64,000 nt of DNA from an uncultured virus (IMG/VR IMGVR_UViG_3300011440_000022) (Duplodnaviria; Heunggongvirae; Uroviricota; Caudoviricetes). The notes beneath the pieces are model-generated. The model saw nothing but the letters and a program-made list of their open reading frames with translations, did no database searches and was not told the origin of the DNA. The position numbers were made by a program, and so were the translations under genes. How positions within the stretch are numbered: the first letter of the stretch is position 1; every line of letters begins with the position of its first letter. Positions 8,224 through 17,971 of this stretch are shown here, piece by piece. The DNA lies in IMG/VR virus record IMGVR_UViG_3300011440_000022; one strand, 5' to 3'.

Positions 8224-9510
8224 ATGAAACGCTCGCTCGCTGTGGCAACCCTGGTGTTGGTTGTCCTCGCAGTATCAATCCCCGTACTTGGTGACACCCC
8301 CGAGCACAAGATTCTGATTTGCCATCTCCCGCCAGGGAATCCCGAGAACGGCCAGGCCATCGAGATAGACCGCAACGCTTGGGAGCAAGGTGGGCCTCCC
8401 GGTCATCACGCCGAGGGCAATCACGGCGGCGATTTTGAAATTAAAGATGACGATGATTTGAAACGGTGCGAGGGCAAGGAAGAGACCACCACGACCGAGA
8501 AAGACACCACGACCACCAAGCGGGAAACCACCACCACTGACAAAGACACCACCACAACCACCAAGCCAGAGACCACGACCACCGACAAAGAGACCACGAC
8601 CACCGACACGACCACGACCACGACAACTACGACGACGACGACGACGACGATGCCGACGACGACGACGACCGAGCCGCCGACACCGACTCAGTTCTGCGTT
8701 GATGTCAACAACGCTCCGCAAGCCGAGTTGGAAGAGTTGGGCGGCATCTCCCCGGCCCTGGCTCTGCTCATCATCGCCAACCGGCCCTACGAATCAGTGC
8801 AGGATTTAGGCGACCTATTCGGGCCGGGAGTCCTGGCCGCGATCTTGCTGGTCAATCCGACAACCGGAGCTTTCGCATCCGACGCTTGCCTCACCCCGGT
8901 CACGGTCACGACCAGCACAACGACCAGCACCAGCACTACGACCACGACCACTGCGCCGCCCACCACCCCGCCAACGCTCCAAGCCGGGAACGTGACCGCA
9001 GTGTGCGTGAGCAATATCCCGTTCTTCGCTTACGAGATTCTGAACTTCCCCGAGGGCACCCTGCTCTCAGAGATTCGTTTTGAAAACCCCGAGCCGGGCG
9101 GGGCCGACTTGGTCTACGTCAACCAACCGCTCACCGGGCAAGTGCTCTGGCCGGGAGCCAGCGCCGACCCCGAGGACTGGCCCGGTTGGATTTTGAATGA
9201 GGACGGGATTTGGGTCGAAGGCGACGACGGGTTCTTGTGGGCCAGGGAAGCGGTGCAAGTCACCTTCACCATCAACCCCTCCGTGACCGTGACCGTGACC
9301 TACCCACCAGCCTCAGCGATTTGCGCCGGGCCGGTGAACCCGGCCATCACCACCACGCCGGGATCGACTGCGCCGGATGGAGTGACCACCACCCGAGCCG
9401 GGGTGTTGCCCTTCACCGGAAGCGAGCTTCTGGCGCTCGGGTATCTGGCCGGAGCCACCTTCCTGCTCGGTCTGATCTTGCTGGTCTCGGCCCGCAAGCA
9501 GGAGTCATAG
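8224..9510 (+). CDS. Secreted, LPxTG-anchored Thr-rich surface protein with a ComEA-like helix-hairpin-helix domain
   Basis: Signal peptide; KILICHLPPGNPEN Cys/His module; Thr-rich stalks; VDVNNAPQAELEELGGISPALALLIIANRPYESVQDL (HhH); LPFTG + TM + RK tail. Confidence 0.8.
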   Translation: MKRSLAVATLVLVVLAVSIPVLGDTPEHKILICHLPPGNPENGQAIEIDRNAWEQGGPPGHHAEGNHGGDFEIKDDDDLKRCEGKEETTTTEKDTTTTKRETTTTDKDTTTTTKPETTTTDKETTTTDTTTTTTTTTTTTTTMPTTTTTEPPTPTQFCVDVNNAPQAELEELGGISPALALLIIANRPYESVQDLGDLFGPGVLAAILLVNPTTGAFASDACLTPVTVTTSTTTSTSTTTTTTAPPTTPPTLQAGNVTAVCVSNIPFFAYEILNFPEGTLLSEIRFENPEPGGADLVYVNQPLTGQVLWPGASADPEDWPGWILNEDGIWVEGDDGFLWAREAVQVTFTINPSVTVTVTYPPASAICAGPVNPAITTTPGSTAPDGVTTTRAGVLPFTGSELLALGYLAGATFLLGLILLVSARKQES

Positions 9511-9593
9511 ACTTCTCGCTGAACCCCGTCGGGTCACATTCCCTGAATTCCACATTCAGAGTCTCCCTCCCGGCGGGGTTCATCTGTCTCAAC

Positions 9594-9621
9594 TTGCATT
9601 GCAATTATGCCGATGTATAAT
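9594..9621 (+). promoter_or_regulatory. Sigma70-like promoter TTGCAT-N16-TATAAT with a CAATTA spacer motif
   Basis: Same architecture recurs at 29264, 29510 and 31234. Confidence 0.75.
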
Positions 9622-9652
9622 TGTGAGCGTAAGAGACAGACAGGAGCCAGAC

Positions 9653-9841
9653 ATGAAGTACGGAGCCACCGGCAACTACCCCTGGATGGGGAACAGCGAC
9701 GTGGCGCACATCATCAAGGAACAGCACCCGATGGGGCGAGCGTGGATCGCATGGTGCGGACGCACCGTCTACGACCCCCGTGACAAAAAGCCCGCTTGGG
9801 CCAAGGTGTGCAAGCGTTGTGAGAAAGCGAGCCAGACATGA
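9653..9841 (+). CDS. Small Cys/His (zinc-binding-like) protein
   Basis: AGGAG RBS; H..WCG..CKRC. Confidence 0.6.
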   Translation: MKYGATGNYPWMGNSDVAHIIKEQHPMGRAWIAWCGRTVYDPRDKKPAWAKVCKRCEKASQT

Positions 9842-10128
9842 ACGAGAACGTGAAGATCAAAAATACATGGGATGAGTCCGTGAAGACCTTCTGGATGGAA
9901 GGGCTGACCACTCCCGATGGGAAGCGGGAAATCACCCAGGCCACTCGGACGACCGACAACACGACGGGCGTGGTCTCGTGGGCTTGGCGGGGTTACGAGC
10001 TTCGGAAGGATGGGAAGCGGCGGTCGAACGCCGGTCTGACTTCGGCCAACTTCTACTTCGATGAGGAAGTCGAGACCATCTTGATTGCCGAAGTCGTGGT
10101 CGCTCAAGCCGTTCGGACAACCGAATGA
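9838..10128 (+). CDS. Hypothetical protein
   Basis: ATGA-coupled; G(Y)xLRKDG motif. Confidence 0.65.
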   Translation: MNENVKIKNTWDESVKTFWMEGLTTPDGKREITQATRTTDNTTGVVSWAWRGYELRKDGKRRSNAGLTSANFYFDEEVETILIAEVVVAQAVRTTE

Positions 10129-10337
10129 GCACAACGTGCGACCAGCCGATGCGGACGGGAACTTGTGTCTTGGACACCGACCACCGCGGACGGCATACCA
10201 CCGTCGCCTTCTACTGCGAGAGTTGTGGCAAGACTCGCCGGGGCAAGCCCCACTCGATGTCCGTTGTCCGGCTTGGTGACGGGAGCATTGACGATCAGTT
10301 CGCCTTCTGCTTCCTGTGCGTGAGGTACGCAGCGTGA
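10125..10337 (+). CDS. Small zinc-finger-like protein
   Basis: ATGA-coupled; C..C.L..DH.G.H and two CxxC. Confidence 0.6.
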   Translation: MSTTCDQPMRTGTCVLDTDHRGRHTTVAFYCESCGKTRRGKPHSMSVVRLGDGSIDDQFAFCFLCVRYAA

Positions 10338-10723
10338 GTCAGGATTACGACCCGCAGTACGGGCACTTCCGAATCACCGGCAACGAGCATTGGGTCGATG
10401 CCAGCGCCAACTACGAGACCGAGGAAGAGCGTGACCAAGTGCTCGCCCTCTTCCCGAAGTGGGTCAAGGCCAAGGGCAGTCGCCTCAGCTACTACACCGG
10501 CTCGATGAAGACCAACGACTTCACCAGCCACTCATGTCCCACCATCGTTTTCCATGCCGACCTTCGGGCAACCGGAGTGAGCGGCAAGGTCAACGAGACC
10601 GGACTCAAGCGCTACCGGAGATTCCGTGAGGTCTTGGCACGCCAGGACTTCCCCCGAGGTTGGCACCAGCCCTACAGCAACTCGCTCACCGAGGACGAGT
10701 TCCACGAGGCGCACGGAATATGA
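10334..10723 (+). CDS. Hypothetical protein
   Basis: GTGA-coupled; high coding bias. Confidence 0.65.
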   Translation: MSQDYDPQYGHFRITGNEHWVDASANYETEEERDQVLALFPKWVKAKGSRLSYYTGSMKTNDFTSHSCPTIVFHADLRATGVSGKVNETGLKRYRRFREVLARQDFPRGWHQPYSNSLTEDEFHEAHGI

Positions 10724-11100
10724 GCATGGAAACCCACAAGCACTTCGGGATCAATTGGTGGGTTGACATCAACACCAGCCGAATCCGAGTCAGTATTGAA
10801 CCGGAGCGGTGGGCTGAGTACGGCGAGTTCCAGTGGGTCTCGGTTGAGACCACCTATGCCGGTGGTGCCCTCTTCGTCGGCCACGACTCCGAGACTGGCA
10901 AGTACCACATTTTTGAAATGGGTGGAACGTGGATCGATCCGTGGGACAAAGAGCACGCCGGTCTCTACGAGTCACCGCTCGATGCTCTCAAAGCCGCCGC
11001 TCGGATTTTGAAAGACGACCACATCGAGGGGATGAAGTGGGAAGTCCTCATCGATGAGGCGATGGCCGCAGCCGAGAGAGCCGAGGCCGAGGCCGAGTGA
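10720..11100 (+). CDS. Hypothetical protein
   Basis: ATGA-coupled; ends before the terminator. Confidence 0.65.
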   Translation: MSMETHKHFGINWWVDINTSRIRVSIEPERWAEYGEFQWVSVETTYAGGALFVGHDSETGKYHIFEMGGTWIDPWDKEHAGLYESPLDALKAAARILKDDHIEGMKWEVLIDEAMAAAERAEAEAE

Positions 11101-11188
11101 GAGAACGACTCGGGCAATGGCTCGCCAAGCTGTTCGCTTGGGATCGAGACCGGCGACTCCGGCGCTGGCACCGACGAATCAAGTAACG

Positions 11189-11223
11189 GAAAGAGGGAAC
11201 GCTTTCGGGCGTTCCCTCTTTTC
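11189..11223. terminator. Bidirectional intrinsic terminator
   Basis: AAAGAGGGAACGCT-TTCG-GGCGTTCCCTCTTTT between convergent operons. Confidence 0.85.
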
Positions 11224-11374
11224 GGTTCCTCTGTCAAGGAAGATCATTCCTCTTCGTCAAAGTCCTCTGGCTCGGCGGGGTGTTCGGCGGGTACCGGTTC
11301 CGGCCCCGGTGCATTGGGTAGCTCGGGCTGTGGTGGTGGCCGGGTGTCCTCGTCGCTCGGTGGTGGCATCTCCA

Positions 11375-12079
11375 TCAGTCGGTTACCTCATCGGCAAGGC
11401 CAACGTCCTTGGAGAAGCGGTACATCACCGTGGCGAACTCGCCCCGCTCGATGGGGTCTTGCGCCCTGAACTCGCCGGTTTTCTTCTTCTCGTCCCGCCC
11501 GCCGAGCATGATGCCACCATTGATAACGAACTTGATGCCGTCGTCGTGGGGAGGCCAGTCGTCGGTCGGGTAGGTGTAGCCGTCTTTCGATTTCCAAGTA
11601 GACACAGTGCCTCCCGTATCCCAAGTGATGGTTCGCACGTCTGACGGTGCGACGTTGATTTGCCAGTGCATGGCATCCGGTGGGTTGCTGCACGGCCATC
11701 TCCCACCCCACTGAATCGCCTGCTTCCCGTTCGCCCGAATTCCCTCCATCCTCTTGATGAAGCTGGACGGGTAGTTGTGTCTCAGTGGGCAGTCGTAGGG
11801 ATTCTTCGATGGGTTGAGGTCGAGGGCCAAGGCAAAGGCGTGCAGCGATGTCGAGCCGCCCGCTGTATCTCGGCAGTTGTAAATGCCACCCGAGGACTCA
11901 CGGAAGTAGTACGGCTCGGAGGCCATGATCTGTGCGACCGCTTTCCAAATCGGAGCCGACTCGGAAGCGACCGAGAGATTCCACACCACTCCATCGCCGG
12001 GGAAGCCGACCTTCACGTAGCGGTCGGGGGAGCATTCGTACTTCGCCCACCATGACCGAACCTGAGATGATGAGGCCAT
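11375..12079 (-). CDS. Endolysin: M15-family zinc peptidase with a C-terminal SLH-like domain
   Basis: YNCR..SLHAFALALDLNP..WGGRW..DAMHWQ; C-terminal GIMLG..FRAQDPIERGEFATVMYR. Confidence 0.85.
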   Translation of the reverse strand: MASSSQVRSWWAKYECSPDRYVKVGFPGDGVVWNLSVASESAPIWKAVAQIMASEPYYFRESSGGIYNCRDTAGGSTSLHAFALALDLNPSKNPYDCPLRHNYPSSFIKRMEGIRANGKQAIQWGGRWPCSNPPDAMHWQINVAPSDVRTITWDTGGTVSTWKSKDGYTYPTDDWPPHDDGIKFVINGGIMLGGRDEKKKTGEFRAQDPIERGEFATVMYRFSKDVGLADEVTD

Positions 12080-12161
12080 AGGCCAACCCTACAGTTTTGA
12101 AAGACGGGGTGTGGGGTAAGATTCCTCAGAGACCAAGAACTCTTCGGAGTTCTTGGTCTCG

Positions 12162-12707
12162 CTAATTGGCGACACAGATTGCCACCGCCACATCAGTATC
12201 TACCGGCTCCCGTTGATGAAGCTCGACTTGCGCGATTTGGAATCCAGGCGGGCAGGCCGGGCCAGGAATCCCCTGCTCCCCCTGCGCCCCTTGCGGCCCT
12301 GGCTCGCCCTGCGCTCCCGGCGCGCCTTGCGGCCCCGTTGCCCCTTGTGCTCCCGGCTCACCGTCTGCTCCGGCTGCTCCCCGAGGGCCGGTGTCGCCGG
12401 TAGCCCCTGTAGCCCCGCGTGCTCCATCTGCTCCGTCCTGGCCTGGTTGTCCGGTTGCCCCTGGCAACCCACGCTCACCCTGTAGCCCCTGCAATCCCTG
12501 TAGACCTTGCGGCCCTGGCTCGCCCGCTGGCCCTGGTTCGCCTTGCTCACCCGCTGGCCCCGGTGGGCCGGGTGGCCCCGGCGGGCCTACGGCAGTCGAA
12601 GCCTGGCTCGCGTTGGGTGAGGCCAAAGCCAGAGCAAAGGCTATGAGCAGAAGCAGCCCGGCGATTCCAAAACCGAGAAGTGGATTAGAAGTGATTCGGT
12701 CGATCAT
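12162..12707 (-). CDS. Membrane-anchored collagen-like (Gly-X-Y) protein
   Basis: N-terminal TM segment, long GXY repeat, C-terminal CPPG..C; within the lysis cluster. Confidence 0.8.
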   Translation of the reverse strand: MIDRITSNPLLGFGIAGLLLLIAFALALASPNASQASTAVGPPGPPGPPGPAGEQGEPGPAGEPGPQGLQGLQGLQGERGLPGATGQPGQDGADGARGATGATGDTGPRGAAGADGEPGAQGATGPQGAPGAQGEPGPQGAQGEQGIPGPACPPGFQIAQVELHQREPVDTDVAVAICVAN

Positions 12708-12961
12708 GCGTCTTCCACTTTCCTTTCCACCAACCCTTCCAATTCGGTACGTCGAGCATCGGTACGCCCGGCAATGAATCCGGCCAGCAATCCAATCAGG
12801 GTGTTGATGGTGTCGGAGACAAGAGCAATACCTTGAGTCGTGTCAGTGGTGGGATCGAGGATTTCAACAATGGCAATGACGATAAGAGAAATCAGCACCG
12901 AGACACAGATGGTGCCACCGATGAGTAGAACCAAAAGCTCGCCGGTTGTTCTCCCTTTCAA
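12704..12961 (-). CDS. Two-TM membrane protein, putative holin
   Basis: Two hydrophobic helices and a charged C-terminus; upstream of the endolysin. Confidence 0.55.
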   Translation of the reverse strand: MKGRTTGELLVLLIGGTICVSVLISLIVIAIVEILDPTTDTTQGIALVSDTINTLIGLLAGFIAGRTDARRTELEGLVERKVEDA

Positions 12962-13115
12962 AAATCACGCTTCCCAAGATGCAGGCTACTTGCTTTCGAT
13001 CTTCGCGATCTTGTATGGTCTCGGGTAGAGCGACTGAGCGCTTAGTGCGACGTACCTCTTTTCTTGTGACCTAGACCGCGTCGGAAGTACCGCTAGGAAG
13101 GAAAGAGGTTTCCGC

Positions 13116-15068
13116 ATGGAGCCTTTCACGGAGCGTCTACAGACGCTGCCTGACCTTTCCGACGAAGAGCTTGACGGTCTCGAAACCGAGATGATCGCTG
13201 CGTTCGACGCAGCCGATCAGTCCGGTGACGTAGACCTCATGCAAGCTCTCGCTGATGGTCTCGATGAAGTTCGGGCTGAGAAGTCCCGACGCACCGAGAC
13301 CGCTGCCCCGCCCGCCGAGGCACCCGCGGAGGTCGCTGCAAGTGCGGCCCCCACCGAGGACGTAGGAGCACAGACTCCCGCCGCCACGGAAGCCGTTGCC
13401 GCCACCGGGTTCGGAGCAGAGACACCGGAAGCTCAGGTAACCCCCCCAACCGGCTCAGAGCAGCCGCCAGCGCCGCAGCCCGAGCCGCAGCCCACCGAGC
13501 CACAGCCCGGCGAGCCGCAGCCCGAGCCGCAACCTGCGCCCGCTCCCGAGCCACAACCCGAACCCGAACCGGCACCTGCGCCGGAACCGGCACCGGAAGA
13601 GCCACAGCCACAGCCAGAACCGGGACAGCCAGAAGAGCAGCCCGCGTCTGAGCCAGACAGCGGCGAGTCCGAGGCCGAGACCGAAGAGGCACCGCCCGCG
13701 GAATCGGAATCCGAAGAGTCAGGAGATACCCAAGTGGAAATCGAAGTGACGGCTTCGGAAGTGCCGGATGAGAACACTCCGGTCACGTCCGCAGCCGAGC
13801 GGCCCATGACCATCCTCGCCGGTGGTGACCTTCCCGGTTACACCGCAGGGTCAGAACTCGCGAACATGGATCAAGTCGCCGAGGCGTTCGCCGCCAAGGT
13901 GAATTCGATCCGTGGCATCGCGGGTGACGGGGAGCACATCTTGGTCGCGTCGATACGCAACCGTGGTGACGCAAGTGAAGCGCAGACGCTCTCAGCCAGT
14001 GATCCCATCGGGAACCAGCGCAAGATTCGCGATCTGCTTTCAGACCCCCACAACCTCACCAGGGAAGCACTGACCGCCGCCGGTTGGTGTGCACCCCCGG
14101 TGCCGATCTACGACATTCCCGGTATCGGTTCGACCGACCGGCCCGTTGGTAGTTCGATCCCAACCTTCAACGCCGACCGTGGTGGGATTGTGTTCACCCG
14201 CCCCCCGGTGCTGAGGGTTCCCACCGCCGGTGAGCCTGGCGGGGTTGGCATCTACAAGGCCGATGGCACCAACTGGACGATGGTGAACGGCACCCTCACT
14301 GCACTGACCGACCCGACTCTCAAGCCGTGTCTCGACGTGGATTGTGGGGAGCCGGGAACAGCCGAGCTACACGCGCTGTCGCTCTGCCTGTGTTTCTCCA
14401 ACCTCCATGCGCGGGCCTACCCCGAGTGGATTCGGTCGAACACGGACTACGCCCTGGTCATGCAGGCTCGACTCGCCGAGGAATACGTTCTCTCGATGAT
14501 GATTGCCGCATCGACTTCGGTGGGCGCTGCCGGTACCACCACCCTCGGTACTGCCCGAGACACGATCCGTGCGATCCGTGTCGCCGCAGCCGAGTTCCGG
14601 TGGCTCAACCGGATCAGCCCCGAGTCTCCGGTCTCGGTCGTTCTGCCCGCATGGGTTCGGGATGCCATCGCCGCCGACTTGAACTTCCAGGCACCGGGAG
14701 ACCTTGCCTTGGAGACAAGTTGGGCCGACGTGGATGGGTACTTCGGTGAGTTCAATGTCGATGTCGCCTGGTCGCTCGACAACCTCAGCCCTGCTTGGAC
14801 TTCCAAGCAGCAGTACCCCTCGACCTTCACATTCATCATGTACGCGACGGGATCGTTCCTCCGGCTCGACGGTGGATCGCTCGACCTCGGCGTGGTGAGG
14901 ACGAAGGAAGACATTCAGACCAACCGGTACTGCACCTTCACCGAGACCTTTGAGGAAGTGGCCTACATCGGGCCAGAGTCCGCACCCGGTGATGGGACGT
15001 GGAGCTACACCGGCACCCTGGCCGTCAAGACCAAGGGTGGCGTGGGCGCAGCGGTCGCGGTCACCTGA
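13116..15068 (+). CDS. Major capsid (hexamer-type) protein with an N-terminal acidic/Pro-Glu scaffold-like region
   Basis: ALTAAGWCAP..IYD motif, F.ADRGG, KPC..V.C, GGSLDLGVVR...N.Y.TF.ETFE, as I recognise from actinophage hexamer capsid proteins. Confidence 0.85.
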   Translation: MEPFTERLQTLPDLSDEELDGLETEMIAAFDAADQSGDVDLMQALADGLDEVRAEKSRRTETAAPPAEAPAEVAASAAPTEDVGAQTPAATEAVAATGFGAETPEAQVTPPTGSEQPPAPQPEPQPTEPQPGEPQPEPQPAPAPEPQPEPEPAPAPEPAPEEPQPQPEPGQPEEQPASEPDSGESEAETEEAPPAESESEESGDTQVEIEVTASEVPDENTPVTSAAERPMTILAGGDLPGYTAGSELANMDQVAEAFAAKVNSIRGIAGDGEHILVASIRNRGDASEAQTLSASDPIGNQRKIRDLLSDPHNLTREALTAAGWCAPPVPIYDIPGIGSTDRPVGSSIPTFNADRGGIVFTRPPVLRVPTAGEPGGVGIYKADGTNWTMVNGTLTALTDPTLKPCLDVDCGEPGTAELHALSLCLCFSNLHARAYPEWIRSNTDYALVMQARLAEEYVLSMMIAASTSVGAAGTTTLGTARDTIRAIRVAAAEFRWLNRISPESPVSVVLPAWVRDAIAADLNFQAPGDLALETSWADVDGYFGEFNVDVAWSLDNLSPAWTSKQQYPSTFTFIMYATGSFLRLDGGSLDLGVVRTKEDIQTNRYCTFTETFEEVAYIGPESAPGDGTWSYTGTLAVKTKGGVGAAVAVT

Positions 15069-15080
15069 TAGACGACGTTC

Positions 15081-15104
15081 GGGAGCGGGCTTCGGCCCGC
15101 TCCC
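15081..15104 (+). terminator. GC hairpin after the capsid gene (weak U-tract)
   Basis: GGGAGCGGGC-TTCG-GCCCGCTCCC. Confidence 0.6.
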
Positions 15105-15131
15105 CCCAAGCCATAGTGAAGGAGATTTCAA

Positions 15132-16175
15132 ATGGCATATAGGGACGGAGCGTCGTCGGTACAGGGCAACGCGATTCGTATAACCCGTCTGCAATTGGAC
15201 GGGTCTATCGATCCGCGTTTTCCGGTGTTGACCACCCGCGGTTTCATCACGGCCTCATTCAGCCCCGAGTACGAAGAGGGCGATGAGATAACCGAGAAGC
15301 GTGCGGACGGTGGCGTGTGTATCTCGTGGAAAGCGGACGACACTCTCAAGCGATTGAATTTCAATCTCTCGCTGTGCTCGCCCGATCCCGAGGCCGCGGC
15401 ACTGCTCGCTGGTGGGCAAGTGATCTGTGATGCCGAAGGCCTGGTCGTCGGTTATACCTCCCCCGAGGTTGGATCGATTGCCGGGAACCCGGTCGCAGTC
15501 GAGATTTGGTCAACGGCCAACGTGGGCGGCAAGCCCGCAGCCGGGCAACCGTTCTGGCATTGGGCCTTCCCATACGTCAAGGTGCGGTACGACGGCGACA
15601 GGGAGTTCGGTAACTCGGCTCTCGCCAATGAGTTCAGCGGCCAAGCGCTCGGTAACCCGGCGCTCGTCACCAACGGACTCAACCCGAACAACGCGGGTGA
15701 TGACTTCGTCACCTACAAGGAAGCGCTCGTGAATCCGTTCTCTTACGTTCGGTCAACGACACTGCCTCCGTTCGGGTGGAAGGAAGGCGAGGCCGGTGGT
15801 GGAAACGGATTCCCCACGGAGCCGGAGTTCACCGTTGGCGAGTGCGCCATCACCGAGGCAGCGGCAGCGAGTGTCGGGGATGCCCCGACCGCAGGGCCAG
15901 CCGGAGCAGAGCCGAATGGCGAGTTGCTGGTGGACTCGGCTACCGGCGATGTGTGGATTGTGCGAGCGAGGAATTGGGTCGATTCCGGTGTGTCTCTGAC
16001 CCCCATCCCTGACGCAGTCGCCATCGTCGCATCCGATCCAGTGGTGACACCGCCGACCGGAACCTTTGCCGACGACGACGTTGTTTGGTGGAATGACGGC
16101 ACGACCTCGTACAAGGCCTACCGCCGGACAGCCGGTGCGTGGGTTGCCGAGGGCGCGAGCGACATCATCAAGTAG
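15132..16175 (+). CDS. Major tail (tube) protein with a C-terminal extension
   Basis: IRITRL..DG, YEEGDEITEKRADG.VC, L.LC.PDP motifs; follows the capsid gene. Confidence 0.75.
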   Translation: MAYRDGASSVQGNAIRITRLQLDGSIDPRFPVLTTRGFITASFSPEYEEGDEITEKRADGGVCISWKADDTLKRLNFNLSLCSPDPEAAALLAGGQVICDAEGLVVGYTSPEVGSIAGNPVAVEIWSTANVGGKPAAGQPFWHWAFPYVKVRYDGDREFGNSALANEFSGQALGNPALVTNGLNPNNAGDDFVTYKEALVNPFSYVRSTTLPPFGWKEGEAGGGNGFPTEPEFTVGECAITEAAAASVGDAPTAGPAGAEPNGELLVDSATGDVWIVRARNWVDSGVSLTPIPDAVAIVASDPVVTPPTGTFADDDVVWWNDGTTSYKAYRRTAGAWVAEGASDIIK

Positions 16176-16183
16176 TGGGAGGA

Positions 16184-16215
16184 AGGGAGCGCTCCGGCAG
16201 GGGCGCTCCCTCTTT
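16184..16215 (+). terminator. Intrinsic terminator
   Basis: AGGGAGCGCTCC-GGCA-GGGGCGCTCCCT followed by CTTT. Confidence 0.65.
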
Positions 16216-16233
16216 CCCCGATAGGGTTAGGCC

Positions 16234-17280
16234 ATGAGTACGAGCTATCTCGGGTTACAAACCCCTGACTACGCCGATCCAGCCGATGTGCCCGCTGCTA
16301 TCCGGCAGTTGGTCGCGTCTGGCCCCATTCCCCGTTTTCCAAATGCGGGCAACCGCAATGCAGCGATTCCCGCTCCGGCCAAGGGAGCGATTGCCTATCT
16401 GGAAGGCCTGAACAAGTTCACCTTTTGGGACGGCAGCGGAACCGGCGACGGATGGCGAGACCTCGTGCCAGCGCTTCCGAGTCAATGGCGCTCGGACAAC
16501 ATGCTTTGGGTCAACGACTCGATACCGGCCAACGCCATCGACAAGGTTCACGCCAAGGACATTCAGTCCGGTGGGTCGAGCGGAGTCATTCCGGTCACGG
16601 CATTCCCATCGGCTGACCTCGATACCAAGGGCATCCTCACTCTTTCAAATAGCACCACGGTCAAGAACGACACGCAGGCTCCGACGATTCGGAATCTCAA
16701 CGAGCTTCGTGAGGACGTAGCGCTCAAGGCCAACGCAGTCATGCGAAACGTGACCGCCGTGCAGAGCGTGACCGGGCCGGTGCGATTCGTCTTCGGAGAC
16801 CTTGCCAATCCCGGTATCCAGCTTGGCAGTGCCTCGTTCGGAATCTTCCAAGACATCGGCGGCAACTTGCAGATCAAGTTCGGGAGTCGCCATGTTCGAT
16901 TCTCGGAAGCGGGTGCGTCCTTCCTCCCGGCCAACTCCAACCAGCTTGGCATCGGCGGCAACGACTACTACTGGACGAACGTGGTTGCCAACAACTTCGT
17001 CAACATCTCTGACCCGAGCCTCAAAGAAATCGAGGGGCCACTGATCGATGTGATGGAGCGGGTTCGGAAGGTCACTCCGATCAATTTCAAATGGAAGCAA
17101 GACCCCGATGCGCCTGGTCTTGACCACATCGGATTGAACGCCGCCGAGGTATTCGCGGCCTTCCCCACTGCCGTCGAAGGCAAGCCGGGCAATTTTGGAA
17201 TCAAGGGCAACGAAGTGAGTGCCGTGCTGTGGGCGGCAATCCGAGAGCTAGACCACCGACTGACCGAGGCAGGTTTTTGA
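16234..17280 (+). CDS. Tail fibre/spike with a C-terminal intramolecular chaperone (peptidase S74-like)
   Basis: SDPSLKE..PINFKWK..HIGLNAAEV..FP.AV..LWAAIREL; N-terminal RF...R.AAIPAP..G..AYL module. Confidence 0.8.
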   Translation: MSTSYLGLQTPDYADPADVPAAIRQLVASGPIPRFPNAGNRNAAIPAPAKGAIAYLEGLNKFTFWDGSGTGDGWRDLVPALPSQWRSDNMLWVNDSIPANAIDKVHAKDIQSGGSSGVIPVTAFPSADLDTKGILTLSNSTTVKNDTQAPTIRNLNELREDVALKANAVMRNVTAVQSVTGPVRFVFGDLANPGIQLGSASFGIFQDIGGNLQIKFGSRHVRFSEAGASFLPANSNQLGIGGNDYYWTNVVANNFVNISDPSLKEIEGPLIDVMERVRKVTPINFKWKQDPDAPGLDHIGLNAAEVFAAFPTAVEGKPGNFGIKGNEVSAVLWAAIRELDHRLTEAGF

Positions 17281-17282
17281 AA

Positions 17283-17528
17283 ATGATCGAGAACGAGAAT
17301 GGCGAGACCACGATGATCGACATGCCCGATGCTGAGACTCCAACTGTCGAAGAGCTACAGGCAAGAGTCTTTGAACTAGAGCGATACATCGCTTTACAAA
17401 CCAATACAATTGCCGCCTTCCGGCATCGCAACATTCGGTTGGAGATGGAGATTGTCGAATTGATGAGCCAGCTTCCCCACATCTACAGCGCGCCCATCAC
17501 GGATTCAGAAGATGGAGCACAAGGATGA
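17283..17528 (+). CDS. Hypothetical coiled-coil protein
   Basis: ATG 17283 directly after the tail fibre gene. Confidence 0.55.
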   Translation: MIENENGETTMIDMPDAETPTVEELQARVFELERYIALQTNTIAAFRHRNIRLEMEIVELMSQLPHIYSAPITDSEDGAQG

Positions 17529-17971
17529 CCCTCGATGACCTACTAGCTCTGCTCCCCGATGAGCCGGACGGCAACATCTCAGCCGCCGATATGCGGGTCA
17601 TCGTGGAAGAGCTTTACAAATCCGCTCACACCGTGGTCACTCGACTCGCTTTTGAATACTCGACCGACACCACCCCACCCACGGGGAAAATCACCGTTCC
17701 CAATTGGGGATTGACCGCCACCGGATTGATCCTCTCTGAGATGACCAGCGACGGGGAGCCGGTGCCCTTCGGGATGCTGAACACTGAGACCATGCCCGCC
17801 GACTTCGTCCTTGGAGCAGCGGGCAGTGCGCTCATGCGTGGGCAAATCACCGCCATCCCCATCGATGCTGGTGCCTACCGAACAGCGGCAATCACGGTGA
17901 GTGAGGCGCTTACTGAACCCGCCGCCAACGCTCCGCTCACCTTCCTTGTCGCCGGGCAGTGGTACATCTGA
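17525..17971 (+). CDS. Putative virion structural protein
   Basis: LLALLPD..G.ISAADMR motif; structural operon context. Confidence 0.55.
   Translation: MTLDDLLALLPDEPDGNISAADMRVIVEELYKSAHTVVTRLAFEYSTDTTPPTGKITVPNWGLTATGLILSEMTSDGEPVPFGMLNTETMPADFVLGAAGSALMRGQITAIPIDAGAYRTAAITVSEALTEPAANAPLTFLVAGQWYI

Noticed and set aside
8480..8680. (ACC/ACG)n tandem repeat as a regulatory or contingency locus
   Set aside because: In-frame poly-Thr stalk of the surface protein
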